A DNA stretch of 64,000 nt from Bdellovibrionales bacterium (lineage in GTDB: Bacteria; Bdellovibrionota; Bdellovibrionia; Bdellovibrionales; UBA1609), in contig CBDBIB010000001.1 in assembly GCA_965205945.1 (NCBI GenBank), forward strand, positions 374,051-438,050, in the 5' to 3' direction. The notes below the pieces were generated by a model. It was not told where the DNA came from. It did not search any database and saw only the letters and a list, made by a program, of their open reading frames with translations. The position numbers and the translations under genes are program-made. Position 1 is the stretch's first letter. Each line of letters begins with the position of its first letter. This document shows positions 10,106 through 20,677 of this stretch, one piece after another.

Positions 10106-12835
10106 ATGAAACTGCACCATTCATTTTTTTTAAAAGCTTTATCGCTTACTATTTTAGCAGGCTTTCCCATGAAAGCAAACGCACTTCTACCTTATAAATA
10201 TAACTGGACTAAAATTAAGTCTGATCACTTCACCATAATCGTAAATAAAAACTATTCCACTTATGGCAAACTTATTGCTCAAAAAGCTGAGCAAGCCTTT
10301 ACTGCCTTAAAAAAATTTTCCAATAAACACCCCCAAAATACCTTTATCATAATTGATCATACAAAAGGCTTTTCAAATGGAAGCGCAACCTTTTTCCCCT
10401 ACCCTGTCATTACCCTACAACCCGTAATTCCAGATTCAAGCTTAGCTATCGGGCAGTATAAAGACTGGATCTACGAACTCTTAGTTCATGAATATACACA
10501 TATTTTAACCTTTCACAATACAAAAGGCCTATTTACACCTCTTCGTTGGATCTTTGGAAGCACTATCTCCCCTGGGTACTTTATGCCCACATGGTACCAA
10601 GAAGGCCTTGCCATTTTTACTGAAACACACCTTTCAAACGGCGGCAGGCTTCGAACTGCCTCTTACAAAGCTTTAAAAGATGAACTTAAAAGTTTAAGTA
10701 TTTCCATTGCAAATGAGAGCTCTTCTGGTGTATACCCCTTTGGCTTAACTCCTTATGTTTATGGAGGCTGGCTTAATCAGGAGTCATTTTCAAATATTAA
10801 AGATGCTGCTAAAGCTCACAAAAAATTTTCAGGCCGTTTCCCATACCTTATTAATGGAGGCTATAAGAAAAGTAGCGGAAAAAATCTTTACTCTTCCTGG
10901 AAACTTCTTTTTGGAGCCAACAAAAAAGTAACCTCTTTAAAACACACTTTTATTGGAAGGCTTCCAAAATGGGATAAAACAACAAACAGTCTTTATTTTA
11001 TCAAAAAAGATGCTTATCTTTTTGATGAACTCACTGTTCAAAATAAAAAGAACAAACCTAAAACCTTATTTACAGCTCACAATATCCTAGATTTTAAAGT
11101 TCATAAGGAAAATATTTACTACTTAAGCCTTAATCTTCAAAATCAAGATCATCAAATTTACTCCCTTTTTTCATTTAACCTTAAAACCAAAAAAATCACT
11201 CGCTTAAGCAAAAAACAAAATATTCAAAGCTTTGATATCTTTGAAAATGGAAGCATTGCCTTTATTGATGCTAAAATAAACACACAATCCCTTTATTTTG
11301 GAGTTTTAACAAAACTTAATAAAGCCACACAAATCTTTATAGTCTCTGCAGAAAAACGTCTTTCTTTCCCAAGAATTAAAAATAACTCAACAATTTTATT
11401 TGCATTAAAGAAAAACCATTCTAAAGAAACCGTAATCTCCATAAATATCAATACATTAAATCAAACCCCTCTTTTCTCAGTAGATCACCTTATTGGGCTT
11501 GAAAGAAATAAAGATACTTTTTATGCCCTACATGAGTCTAAGGGAATAAAATACCTACAAAACATTAACCTTAATAAAAGTACACAAGTCCACTCCGGCA
11601 TAACATCCTTAAACTTTAAAGATGACAATCATATTTTTTCATCTCGAATTTTATCCAAAGGGCCTCATATTTTATCTAGCGATTTAAACAGTCTAAAAAG
11701 CAATGAAAAACCCATAAAAATTCTAAATCAATCCAAACCCTCTACTTTGATTAAAAAATCAGATCTAAAACATTCTTTATACTCATCTTTTTCTAAACTT
11801 AATCCCCACTACATTATCCCCAATGTTTTAGTCAGTCCCTATGGGTTTTCTGAAGAGTTCTTATACAGCATAAATATTGGCAGCCAGGACCCTCTTAAGT
11901 TTAACTCATACTCTTTAAACATTTCCACTGATACTATTACCAAAAAAGCTTCCACAAATATAAATTACACTTCTCACCACTTCAGGTTACCCATTTCATT
12001 TTCAGCAGGCTTATTTAACAAACCCCTTTCCTTAAATTTATTTAAAAAGTCAACTTTTGCTACCCTTGGAACTGCTTATACCTTAAAAAGTGGTTTTGGA
12101 AAAAAACTAGATTTATTTCTAAGTACTTTGTGGAACCTTACAAATTTTAAAGCAAATGAAAAAATCAACCGCCTTGGCTTATCTTTAAACCTTTTTTACA
12201 ATAATTCTGTTCTACGCTCTAGAGAACTTTCCCCCCGAAAAGGCTACAACTTAAATCTTGAGCTCAAACACTATCTTCCAGGAACTACATACTTTAATTA
12301 CACTCAAGCAAGCCTTAACTTAAAGCTTTTTACTGCTTCCCCTTTTATCAAAACCCATCGTTTAATCTTTGGATTTAATTTTAAGATAAATAATAAAACT
12401 CTTCCATTTATTTTCTCATCAAATTCTTTAAACCAACCCTATAGATACACTTCACCTGGATCCTTTGCACTTAGAGGACTTCCTACAGGAGCGCTCTTTG
12501 CAACTGACTCCTTTGCCATTACACATTTTGAATACCGTTTACCCATTTTAAGTATCAATTGGGGACCTGGACTTTTGCCTTGTTTTTTAAATCGTATCAC
12601 TGGTGCACTTACCGCCGACTATGGCTCAGCAAAAGGTGCTAGCTTTATAAACAAGCGCCTTATCAACCACTCAATCCCGCTATATTCTGCTGGAGGCGAG
12701 CTCATTTTTGAAGGAAAACTCTTTTATCACCTTCCTATAAGCTTACAAATTGGAGCATATAAATTTTTAAACTCTGATATTTACTCAGGTCCACCTGAAC
12801 TTTTTATAGGCTTTAACTTAAACCAATCTAGCTGA
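10106..12835 (+). CDS. Secreted gluzincin metallopeptidase + propeller-like region + Omp85/BamA-type C-terminal barrel
   Basis: Signal peptide; HEYTH...WYQEGLA zincin motif; C-terminal SPRKG, ALRGLP and EYRLP motifs typical of Omp85 barrels. Confidence 0.7.
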   Translation: MKLHHSFFLKALSLTILAGFPMKANALLPYKYNWTKIKSDHFTIIVNKNYSTYGKLIAQKAEQAFTALKKFSNKHPQNTFIIIDHTKGFSNGSATFFPYPVITLQPVIPDSSLAIGQYKDWIYELLVHEYTHILTFHNTKGLFTPLRWIFGSTISPGYFMPTWYQEGLAIFTETHLSNGGRLRTASYKALKDELKSLSISIANESSSGVYPFGLTPYVYGGWLNQESFSNIKDAAKAHKKFSGRFPYLINGGYKKSSGKNLYSSWKLLFGANKKVTSLKHTFIGRLPKWDKTTNSLYFIKKDAYLFDELTVQNKKNKPKTLFTAHNILDFKVHKENIYYLSLNLQNQDHQIYSLFSFNLKTKKITRLSKKQNIQSFDIFENGSIAFIDAKINTQSLYFGVLTKLNKATQIFIVSAEKRLSFPRIKNNSTILFALKKNHSKETVISININTLNQTPLFSVDHLIGLERNKDTFYALHESKGIKYLQNINLNKSTQVHSGITSLNFKDDNHIFSSRILSKGPHILSSDLNSLKSNEKPIKILNQSKPSTLIKKSDLKHSLYSSFSKLNPHYIIPNVLVSPYGFSEEFLYSINIGSQDPLKFNSYSLNISTDTITKKASTNINYTSHHFRLPISFSAGLFNKPLSLNLFKKSTFATLGTAYTLKSGFGKKLDLFLSTLWNLTNFKANEKINRLGLSLNLFYNNSVLRSRELSPRKGYNLNLELKHYLPGTTYFNYTQASLNLKLFTASPFIKTHRLIFGFNFKINNKTLPFIFSSNSLNQPYRYTSPGSFALRGLPTGALFATDSFAITHFEYRLPILSINWGPGLLPCFLNRITGALTADYGSAKGASFINKRLINHSIPLYSAGGELIFEGKLFYHLPISLQIGAYKFLNSDIYSGPPELFIGFNLNQSS

Positions 12836-12913
12836 TTAAACCTTTACCCTTCTTGACTTTGGGGTAACATAATTAAATGATTTAAGAGATGGTTTGCTAC
12901 ACTGGGGGATTTA

Positions 12914-13423
12914 ATGAAGATAGAACAAAATATCGAATGGATACAAGAACTCATTCGCAATGAGCAGCAAATGGAAACATCAGGACTTATTGATTTTTCT
13001 CCCATCATAAATAAGGACCACATTATTTTATCTTCTTCCATTGAGTTTTTAAAAAACTTAAAATCTGAATTTATAAAAAACGCTGATATTTTTAATCAAT
13101 TAAAAGGAAATTCAAATGGAACCATTAAAATTTATGGAATTGCAAAAACTCATGCTGATTTTATGATTTTTAGAAACGGCTATAAACTTGTTTTTAATAT
13201 GCTCCACCCTGGAAAAATTCAAATTACATTTCACCACATGTCTTCACCATTTTTAGCATCGACCTCACCCCAATCAACCCCCCCAAGTATTCCAAATGGA
13301 ATTCTTGAAGCTACATGGGGGGCTTTTAATGAGGTTAGATGGGTAAGTGATAAAAAGCCTGTAAATCAAAATCACTTAGTTAGGTTTTACTTAAGAAGTT
13401 TTGTACAAAATTCAACAAAGTAA
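12914..13423 (+). CDS. Conserved-looking hypothetical protein
   Basis: 169-aa ORF with GGGGG SD-like tract. Confidence 0.7.
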   Translation: MKIEQNIEWIQELIRNEQQMETSGLIDFSPIINKDHIILSSSIEFLKNLKSEFIKNADIFNQLKGNSNGTIKIYGIAKTHADFMIFRNGYKLVFNMLHPGKIQITFHHMSSPFLASTSPQSTPPSIPNGILEATWGAFNEVRWVSDKKPVNQNHLVRFYLRSFVQNSTK

Positions 13424-13427
13424 GCTG

Positions 13428-13817
13428 CTACTTAATTGCTTTTAACACTTTTTCTAAAGCCTCAAGTTCATTAAGATTTATATTTACTTCCTGTGCAATT
13501 TGAAATGCCTTTTCACCTTTTTTTAAACGAGCAACAATATCTTGATATGTCACAACATCTATTCCTTTTTTAATAGATGAGACTCTATCCCCTGTAGCCT
13601 CTAACAAACTTTCTAGGCCTATTATTTTAACCGCAGAGTTTTTATTAAGTTTATACAGTATGAAAACCAACACAAATTGAATTAAAAATATAATTAAAAA
13701 TATAATTAAAAATAAGGTGACCTGATCGCCTCTAATTATAAAATCTAATAAAACCTGCTTTAAAGGCTGGCTAATCGTTTCACTAGCTAAATTACTCATA
13801 AATAAATTATGAAGCAC
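13428..13817 (-). CDS. Hypothetical membrane protein with C-terminal HTH-like segment (DUF2802-like)
   Basis: Single TM helix; LKKGEKAFQIAQEVNINLNEL. Confidence 0.55.
   Translation of the reverse strand: MLHNLFMSNLASETISQPLKQVLLDFIIRGDQVTLFLIIFLIIFLIQFVLVFILYKLNKNSAVKIIGLESLLEATGDRVSSIKKGIDVVTYQDIVARLKKGEKAFQIAQEVNINLNELEALEKVLKAIK
13681..13714. repeat. In-frame 12-bp tandem repeat (FLII x ~3) in TM helix
   Basis: attaaaaatata attaaaaatata attaaaaata. Confidence 0.75.
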
Positions 13818-13831
13818 TTTAAAGCCTACGC

Positions 13832-15010
13832 CTAGGCCAGTTCTTTAATAAATTCTTTAATTCTTACTACACCTTTTATAAAAACCTCTTCACTTACAAC
13901 AAAACTCATTCTTATAAAGCCTGGACAACCAAATTCAAAGCCAGGAACAACAACAACTGCTTTTTTCTCCAAAAGAAGCTTACAAAATTCTGAATCTGTC
14001 ATTTTAAACTTTTCTAAGACACCTAATATATTCACCCAAAAATAAAAGGCTCCTTTAGGTTTTTGCAAGCTTACACCATCAATGGACAACAAAAGATCAT
14101 AGCCTTTTTTTGCACGAGTCTTAAGTATTGCAACGGATTTTGCTATATCCGCATGAGCCCCTCTTACTCCCGCCTCTGTGGCAACTTGTGCCATAGCATT
14201 TGGACAGCCTGTTGTTTGACTCTGATATTTTGAAATCACTCCTATAATATCAGTTCCGCCAATAGCCCAACCAATTCGCCAGCCTGTCATGGAGTAAGCT
14301 TTTGAAGCTCCGTTAATAACCACTGTTCTTTTAAAAAAAGATGGTTCTACATCAAATAAATGGGGACACTCACCTTCTTTGCCCCAATAAAGATCAGCAT
14401 AAATATCGTCTAAAATAATTTGAACATCAGGATATGATTTTAAACAGTCTACTAAAATTTCATAATCTTTTTTGTCAAATATATTACCCGAAGGATTATT
14501 CGGAGAATTTATCAATAAAACCTTAACTCCAGAGGCTAGAGCTTTTTTAAGATTAGTTTTTGAAAGAGAAAGATCAGGATTTAAAGAAATCAACTCTGAG
14601 ACTCCATTAGAAATTTTAACCATTGTTGTGTAGCTGGCCCAAAAAGGAACAAAAATTCCAACCTTATCCCCTGGATTCAATAAACCCCACAGGGCTTCTT
14701 GAATTGCATATTTAGCTCCTGGAGTGATCACTATATTTTTATTACTAACTTTAAGTCCATAGCGTTTTGAAAATTTATTAACCAAAGCATTCTTAAGTTC
14801 TGCTGTGCCTGAGGCTGGAGTATACTTAGTTCTACCGTCTGTAATCGCTTTAAGACCAGCGGCCTTACACACTCCAAATGTTTCCCAGTCGGGCTCTCCC
14901 ACAGACAAGGACACTACATCAACACCTTTAGATTTAAGTTCCATGGCTTTTGTTGCCAGTGCTAATGTTGGTGAATCCTTAATTTCATCAGATCTTTTTG
15001 ACAACTTCAC
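13832..15010 (-). CDS. aspC: PLP-dependent aminotransferase class I (aspartate aminotransferase-like)
   Basis: GEPD, NSPNNPSG, DDIY, SKAYSMTGWRIG. Confidence 0.9.
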   Translation of the reverse strand: MKLSKRSDEIKDSPTLALATKAMELKSKGVDVVSLSVGEPDWETFGVCKAAGLKAITDGRTKYTPASGTAELKNALVNKFSKRYGLKVSNKNIVITPGAKYAIQEALWGLLNPGDKVGIFVPFWASYTTMVKISNGVSELISLNPDLSLSKTNLKKALASGVKVLLINSPNNPSGNIFDKKDYEILVDCLKSYPDVQIILDDIYADLYWGKEGECPHLFDVEPSFFKRTVVINGASKAYSMTGWRIGWAIGGTDIIGVISKYQSQTTGCPNAMAQVATEAGVRGAHADIAKSVAILKTRAKKGYDLLLSIDGVSLQKPKGAFYFWVNILGVLEKFKMTDSEFCKLLLEKKAVVVVPGFEFGCPGFIRMSFVVSEEVFIKGVVRIKEFIKELA

Positions 15011-15519
15011 TTTTTATCACCTCTTAATTCTTTTATTTTCAACACCAGTGCATCTTCAATATGCTCAGGAACAAATTTTAAAACACTTCCTTTATACATT
15101 GCAATTTCCTTAACCAGCCTTGACGATAAGTCTCTAAATTGAGGCCTGCAACACAACAATAAAGTTTCACAGTCAGAAAACATTTCATAATTTACATTGG
15201 CCAACGCCTGCTCTGCCCTAAAATCAACAGAGGATCGTGCTCCACGCACAATACAGTTTACTTTATATTCTTTTACAAAATCTATAGTTAAACCCGGCCA
15301 TCCTATCACATCAACCTTATTTTTATCTAAAAGATCCAACTTAGCTACAGTTTCTTGAATTAATTTAACACGTTCTTTTACTGTAAATATTAAATTTTTA
15401 TTAAATGGTTGGGCCACAAGTATATATAATTTATCAAAAAATCTATGAGCACGCTCTATTATATCAATATGACCATTTGTTAACGGATCAAAACTTCCAG
15501 GGTACACCGCTCTTTTCAT
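15007..15519 (-). CDS. coaD: Phosphopantetheine adenylyltransferase
   Basis: AVYPGSFDPLTNGHIDII, SSRLVKEIA. Confidence 0.96.
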   Translation of the reverse strand: MKRAVYPGSFDPLTNGHIDIIERAHRFFDKLYILVAQPFNKNLIFTVKERVKLIQETVAKLDLLDKNKVDVIGWPGLTIDFVKEYKVNCIVRGARSSVDFRAEQALANVNYEMFSDCETLLLCCRPQFRDLSSRLVKEIAMYKGSVLKFVPEHIEDALVLKIKELRGDKK

Positions 15520-15529
15520 AAATCCTCCT

Positions 15530-16078
15530 TTATATGTTTTTTACTACATAAGTATATAAAGATTTATCTCCATAATTCTTCATCTTTTCTACAATTAAAC
15601 TCCCGCATTCATCCACAATCTCCTCACCCTTAACATATTCAATAAAAACCTGAGAGCCTTGATTAAAAGCTTTTGATTCAGCCAAAGCTTTTAATACTTT
15701 AGCACCGATTTTTTGGGTAAAAGGTGGATCAATTAAAATATAATCAAAACTCTCATTAACTTTAGTTAAAAATAAAAAAATATCTTGTGATCTGTATATA
15801 GATGCAAATCCTGCAGATAAGAGCGTCTTATTTTTTAAAAAAATTTTCCTTGAGTCATCTCCACTATCAACAGACCAAACCACCTTAGCACCTCTAGATA
15901 TAGCTTCAAAACTAAGACTCCCCGTACCTGTAAATAAATCTAATACTCTAGCCCCTACAATATCAGACCCAATCATATTAAATATTGTCTCCTTTACTCT
16001 ATCCGTTGTAGGACGAATCTGATTTGACATAAACTTTATAAGCTTTCGTCCACCCCATTTTCCAGAAATAATTCTCAC
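15530..16078 (-). CDS. rsmD: 16S rRNA m2G966 methyltransferase
   Basis: MRIISGKWGGR, RPTTDRVKE, LDLFTGTGSL, DPPF. Confidence 0.95.
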   Translation of the reverse strand: MRIISGKWGGRKLIKFMSNQIRPTTDRVKETIFNMIGSDIVGARVLDLFTGTGSLSFEAISRGAKVVWSVDSGDDSRKIFLKNKTLLSAGFASIYRSQDIFLFLTKVNESFDYILIDPPFTQKIGAKVLKALAESKAFNQGSQVFIEYVKGEEIVDECGSLIVEKMKNYGDKSLYTYVVKNI

Positions 16079-16422
16079 AACAAATTCTCCACTTTAGATA
16101 AGATTGCAGCAAAATCTTTAAATGGTTTTTTTAAAAAAGTTACATTAAATTTTGAAAAATCTTTTTTTTCAAGGTCATCCATAAATGCCGACATAAGATA
16201 AAGGTGAGAAACATCATTAAGATACCCTTCAAGAGCCAGTTCCTTTGAACTTCCATCTACTAAAACATAATCTAAGAAAACAACATCTATTTTTTGATTC
16301 TTTAAAATTTCTTTAGTTTCAATAATACTCTTGGTTGCTACACATTCAAATCCTATTTGTTTTAACTTTCTCATTAAAATTCTAGAAATTGCAGGCTCAT
16401 CCTCTACAACTAAAGCTTTCAC
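16075..16422 (-). CDS. Single-domain response regulator
   Basis: ALVVEDE, VFLDYVL, MSA, KKPF; likely GTG start at 16422 after GGAGAG. Confidence 0.88.
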   Translation of the reverse strand: MKALVVEDEPAISRILMRKLKQIGFECVATKSIIETKEILKNQKIDVVFLDYVLVDGSSKELALEGYLNDVSHLYLMSAFMDDLEKKDFSKFNVTFLKKPFKDFAAILSKVENLL

Positions 16423-16438
16423 TATAGACTCTCCAATT

Positions 16439-18199
16439 TTACATAAGTGGAATATTAATACTAAAGTAAGCTCCCTTATCCTGCAAGCTTCCAAAAGAAA
16501 GATTTCCTTTATGCAACTTTACAAACTCATTTACTAAGAATAAACCAAACCCACTACCTTTTTCCTTATTCTTAGTTCCAAATAAAGACACATTATTCAT
16601 ATCATCAGGAATTCCTGGCCCTGTATCTTTAAATAACAATACAGCCTCACATTCATTCTTTTTAAGAGAAATTCTAATAATACCTTTTCCATTCATAGCC
16701 TCAACAGAATTTTTAATAACATTAAAAATTAACTGACTCAAAAGCGTATTAGATCCAAAAATCCAAATATCTTCATCTAAATCCATAAAAATCGATGTAT
16801 TTCTCGTCAACACCTTTGTTAAAATCAATGAACTTTTCACAACTTTTGAAAAATTTATTCTAACGAATTTAATTTTTTTAGATGAGAACTTCTTTAAATC
16901 CTCAATAATGGAAAGACACCTTCCTGCTGCAGATGAAATTTCTAATAAATCCTCAGTTGTTTTCCCTTTAAAATCACGACTCATTTCATAAGAAAGTTCT
17001 AATATTCCAGTTAAAGGATTATTAAGTTCATGGGTTAGAGTTTGAGTAACAAGCCCTAAACTTTGAAGCTTGCCTCTTTGAATTTTTATAGATTCTCTTT
17101 TTTTAGAATTATCTTCGGTTTCATAAATATGAAGATAAAAACTATTACTCAAGCTCTTCACCTTAGAAGAGTGCACTACATATGCTTCGTCTGATAAAAT
17201 AACTTCTCTAACAAAAGATTCTTCTTGATTTTCGTTTACTATAGGGCAGCCCTTACATGGAGCATCTTTATTAAACATATATTTATAACATTTTAAATTA
17301 AGACTATCTCTATGGTTTGAAAAAAGAATTTTAAAATCAGAACTAATCAAAAGAGAAGTGCTCTGAATTTGTTGAAATGCTTGTGAAAGAAAATATGAAT
17401 TTTTAGATAGGCGCTCACTTTGAAGAACTCGAATAAAATTTGTGAAGAGAAGTTTTTTTAGCATCATTAAAAAATAATCTTTTTCAAAAAATTCTTCTTG
17501 AGACTCAAAAAGAGCGTACAAATTATCTCCTGTATCTAAGGACTCTGAATAAATCTTAAAATAATTTAAAACTGGCCTTGATAGTAAGTTTGCAAAATTT
17601 TTCCTGTCTTTTATAAATGTAAGCCAATTTGTAACATTCTTTATTCCATTAATTTTTCTAGCAGCGTTTCTTGTACATAAGAATCCCTCCTCAGCATTAA
17701 TATAAATTAATGATACTTTTATACCTTTGCGCTTTAAGAGCCTTAGATTTTCTGTTTCATAAACAAGCTGCTCAATAGTATTTACACCCAACAAACGTAT
17801 AACATACTCACCAAGCCCTTTAACATTAACAGACTCTTTTTTATAAACATTTGATTCTTCCTTTAATAACGATGTCAATTTTACTGTATCATGAATCTGA
17901 TCATCTATTGCACTCATTGCCAGTTTATTTTGATCTATCTGATCTATTTTAAAATTTTCTTCCAAAACCTCTTTAATCTTTTTAAACGATTCATTCTTTG
18001 AAAAAAAGAAATTAAATATATTAAAAGAGCCTAAAGTATTAATATCACCCCAAAAAACTTTTTTAGTTCTCCTAAGAAAGTTATAGGCTTCTTCATCTTT
18101 ATCTAATAAAACATAATCATACAATGCTATCTTTTCTTTTGTATTTTCAAAGAAAACACTTTCATTTACAAGATTCTTATATGGCGTGCACAACTTCAC
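16439..18199 (-). CDS. Sensor histidine kinase (cytoplasmic, PAS-like Cys motif)
   Basis: THELNNPL H-box, N-box NVIKNS, DTGPG, GSGFGL; CY...PCKGCP segment. Confidence 0.9.
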   Translation of the reverse strand: MKLCTPYKNLVNESVFFENTKEKIALYDYVLLDKDEEAYNFLRRTKKVFWGDINTLGSFNIFNFFFSKNESFKKIKEVLEENFKIDQIDQNKLAMSAIDDQIHDTVKLTSLLKEESNVYKKESVNVKGLGEYVIRLLGVNTIEQLVYETENLRLLKRKGIKVSLIYINAEEGFLCTRNAARKINGIKNVTNWLTFIKDRKNFANLLSRPVLNYFKIYSESLDTGDNLYALFESQEEFFEKDYFLMMLKKLLFTNFIRVLQSERLSKNSYFLSQAFQQIQSTSLLISSDFKILFSNHRDSLNLKCYKYMFNKDAPCKGCPIVNENQEESFVREVILSDEAYVVHSSKVKSLSNSFYLHIYETEDNSKKRESIKIQRGKLQSLGLVTQTLTHELNNPLTGILELSYEMSRDFKGKTTEDLLEISSAAGRCLSIIEDLKKFSSKKIKFVRINFSKVVKSSLILTKVLTRNTSIFMDLDEDIWIFGSNTLLSQLIFNVIKNSVEAMNGKGIIRISLKKNECEAVLLFKDTGPGIPDDMNNVSLFGTKNKEKGSGFGLFLVNEFVKLHKGNLSFGSLQDKGAYFSINIPLM

Positions 18200-18540
18200 G
18201 AGATTTTTTCTAAAACCTCTTTTTCAACTAAAATACTTAAGTTTTTATCCTGATTGATTATTGTGATTACATAATCATCTTTTTCTTTACTTAAAGTAAG
18301 GTACTCATTACGATAACTCATATCTAAGTTAAAAGTTTTCCAGTCTATCATAGAGTATGTAATAATTTTATTCTCTGATTCTATTAAAGCTTCAATCAGA
18401 TACTTTCGTGTTAAAAAAAAATGCTTTATATCAACTGCATCAAGACGTTTAAATTCTAAGATAGCTAAGTCATTCAAACGAATAATCTCCTCTAAGATTT
18501 TATTCCTTTCAACAACAAAACTAAGTATTTTCTTTTCCAA
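18196..18540 (-). CDS. Hypothetical helical protein (FliT/FlgN-like chaperone fold possible)
   Basis: 114-aa amphipathic helical ORF coupled to the kinase; GGGGG SD. Confidence 0.5.
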   Translation of the reverse strand: MEKKILSFVVERNKILEEIIRLNDLAILEFKRLDAVDIKHFFLTRKYLIEALIESENKIITYSMIDWKTFNLDMSYRNEYLTLSKEKDDYVITIINQDKNLSILVEKEVLEKIS

Positions 18541-18800
18541 TTAAACCCCCATAAGATTATTCCTAGTAAATATTATAAATGATGATTCATATAAGCTGTT
18601 AGCCAATAATTTGGCTTGCATCACTAAGTCTAGTGTTAGCACCAGCTTAATTATAATTCTTAAAAATTATAATAGTTTATAACAGCTGGCCAAAAGTTTA
18701 ACAGACTAGTTTTGTTTCATTACAATACAATTTTTCTTTCTATATTCATCTTTTTGACTCTAAAAGCAGTTACCTTGGCTAAGAAAAAATGCCCCTGCTT

Positions 18801-18816
18801 TGGCACAGATTATGCT
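18801..18816 (+). promoter_or_regulatory. Sigma-54 promoter
   Basis: TGGCACAGATTATGCT = GG-N10-GC, 37 bp before ATG 18853. Confidence 0.65.
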
Positions 18817-18852
18817 CCTTTAAAAACAAAAGATCGCTCGGGGGGGGGCTTT

Positions 18853-19962
18853 ATGATTAAAACAAAGATTCTTTATATCCTGCCTATTTTAGCATTAAGT
18901 TTTTTTGTGTTTGTGAACTCAAATTTTAACCCTAGTACAAATAAAGCTCAAAACTCTACTAACACTCAAATTTTCAACCTTCACAATACAAATATAAATC
19001 AAAACACTAAATCGATTAAAAACAAGAAGCACTCTCTTGCTTTAATCAATACTTATAAACACCGTTTAGCTAAAAGTAATTTAGCTAAAAGGCGCTCTAA
19101 TGCAAGCCAAAACACTCAAGTAAAGCAAGATTTTCTTAAAAAAAATCCTAAATCTTTAAATAATAAAGTTAAAGCCCAAGCCTCTTATAAAAATTCAAAA
19201 GAAGAAAAAGAGAAAAAAGAAAAAAAAGATGCTAAGCAAATAGCAGAAAAAACTAAAGGCAGTAAGGGAGAAAAAAAACCTGTTTCAAACAAAATTCTCT
19301 TTGAAAAAACAAATAGCTCATCTACATTTTCTAACAATAACTCTTCTATATTTTTTAATTCCATTAATTTAAAGAAAAAAAATAGCTCTAAAAATGAAGT
19401 TAAAGACCCTTTTAAAAAGAAAAACGACTTCATTATAACGTTTAACCAAAATCCTTTAACTTTAGAGGCTGAATATTTTAAAGCTTTTTCTATATCTTAT
19501 TTTAATAATCTTTTAATAAACGAGCAACTTCAAGAGTTTAGTCAAGATTTAAAATTAATTTTAAAAACAAAGAACAACTCCACTAAATTAAGCCATGCTT
19601 ATACAGCAGCTCTAAATTTTTTATTTACCAAAGAAAATGAAGATTTTATTTTATATGATAATTTTTTGCGCACACAGTTTTTAAAACATTCTTTAGCTGT
19701 TAGCATCTCAAAAACTTTTTCTGACAAAACTCTATCCTTAGAGCAAATTGAATACTCTGCAGAATTATTAAACGATTTAGTTTTATCTTGGGATTCTAGT
19801 AAGGATGAGAATAATCAGTTTATCCAAATATATGAACTTTCTGTTTTAAACGCCATTAACCCAGATATAGCCAACAATGAAGCCTTATTAACTTTACAAA
19901 GTTCTATCACTACAACTTTATTTAATATTTCTAATAGCAGTGTTGAAATTTCTGCAAATTAA
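18853..19962 (+). CDS. Hypothetical exported/membrane-anchored protein with low-complexity K/N/S linker
   Basis: ATG 18853 follows a G9 tract and the sigma-54 site; N-terminal hydrophobic anchor. Confidence 0.65.
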   Translation: MIKTKILYILPILALSFFVFVNSNFNPSTNKAQNSTNTQIFNLHNTNINQNTKSIKNKKHSLALINTYKHRLAKSNLAKRRSNASQNTQVKQDFLKKNPKSLNNKVKAQASYKNSKEEKEKKEKKDAKQIAEKTKGSKGEKKPVSNKILFEKTNSSSTFSNNNSSIFFNSINLKKKNSSKNEVKDPFKKKNDFIITFNQNPLTLEAEYFKAFSISYFNNLLINEQLQEFSQDLKLILKTKNNSTKLSHAYTAALNFLFTKENEDFILYDNFLRTQFLKHSLAVSISKTFSDKTLSLEQIEYSAELLNDLVLSWDSSKDENNQFIQIYELSVLNAINPDIANNEALLTLQSSITTTLFNISNSSVEISAN

Positions 19963-19978
19963 AGCTAATTTAATGTAA

Positions 19979-20677
19979 ATGAAAATACTATTTCTTGTAT
20001 TTCTTATGGCCCCTTACTTAAGCTTTGCTGGCGTAATTCCTACCGGTATTTCTACAGATCAAATTAAGCATGTTAGTGAAAAATTTGCAGGACTTTTTTC
20101 TTTAAACACCTCAAATTCACCTTTTGCTCTTGGAGAAGATCTTGAAGTCGAATTAACCGTAATTTATCAAAATCTTAAACTAAACAATATTAACAATATC
20201 GCCGCTATATCAAGCAAAAGTATTATTGAACCTATGGCTTCAATAAGAAAAGGACTTTATTGGAATTTTGATGTAAGTTTTACTTTTATCCTCCCCGTTA
20301 AAAGTCAGTTCTCGTCTGGATACGCTTTTAATCTAAATCATTCAAGTAAGCTTGGTTTATTTTATATTAAACCTGAACTTTTCATATCAAATTATAATTT
20401 AAATGATATATTAAACCTAAACTCATCAGGATTAAGTATTGTTACTTTTAAAAAAATTAATTTTTTCTATTTAGGGCTTGGGCTACGAAGCGAGTTTATT
20501 AAAGGAACCTATGAAAAAAAAATCCTTAACAGCAAAACTAATAAAACTAATTTCATATCAACTTCTGTTGTTACAAAACTTTTTTTTAAATCTACTAACC
20601 TGCGCCTAACCCTAACTTATAGCTTTTTAAATACTTATAAATCTGAATCTGGACTATCTTTAAGCTTTAGGCTTTAA
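19979..20677 (+). CDS. Hypothetical exported protein, probable outer-membrane beta-barrel
   Basis: Signal peptide (SFA cleavage), alternating hydrophobic strands, C-terminal LSLSFRL. Confidence 0.55.
   Translation: MKILFLVFLMAPYLSFAGVIPTGISTDQIKHVSEKFAGLFSLNTSNSPFALGEDLEVELTVIYQNLKLNNINNIAAISSKSIIEPMASIRKGLYWNFDVSFTFILPVKSQFSSGYAFNLNHSSKLGLFYIKPELFISNYNLNDILNLNSSGLSIVTFKKINFFYLGLGLRSEFIKGTYEKKILNSKTNKTNFISTSVVTKLFFKSTNLRLTLTYSFLNTYKSESGLSLSFRL

Noticed and set aside
18541..18660. Possible fliS remnant (minus frame LTLD...LANSLYE) upstream of the FliT-like gene
   Set aside because: Motif spacing differs from FliS and similarity is too weak without a search.
18712..18852. N-terminal extension in the ORF track
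   Set aside because: Contains the sigma-54 site and G tract; ATG 18853 gives a normal hydrophobic N-terminus.
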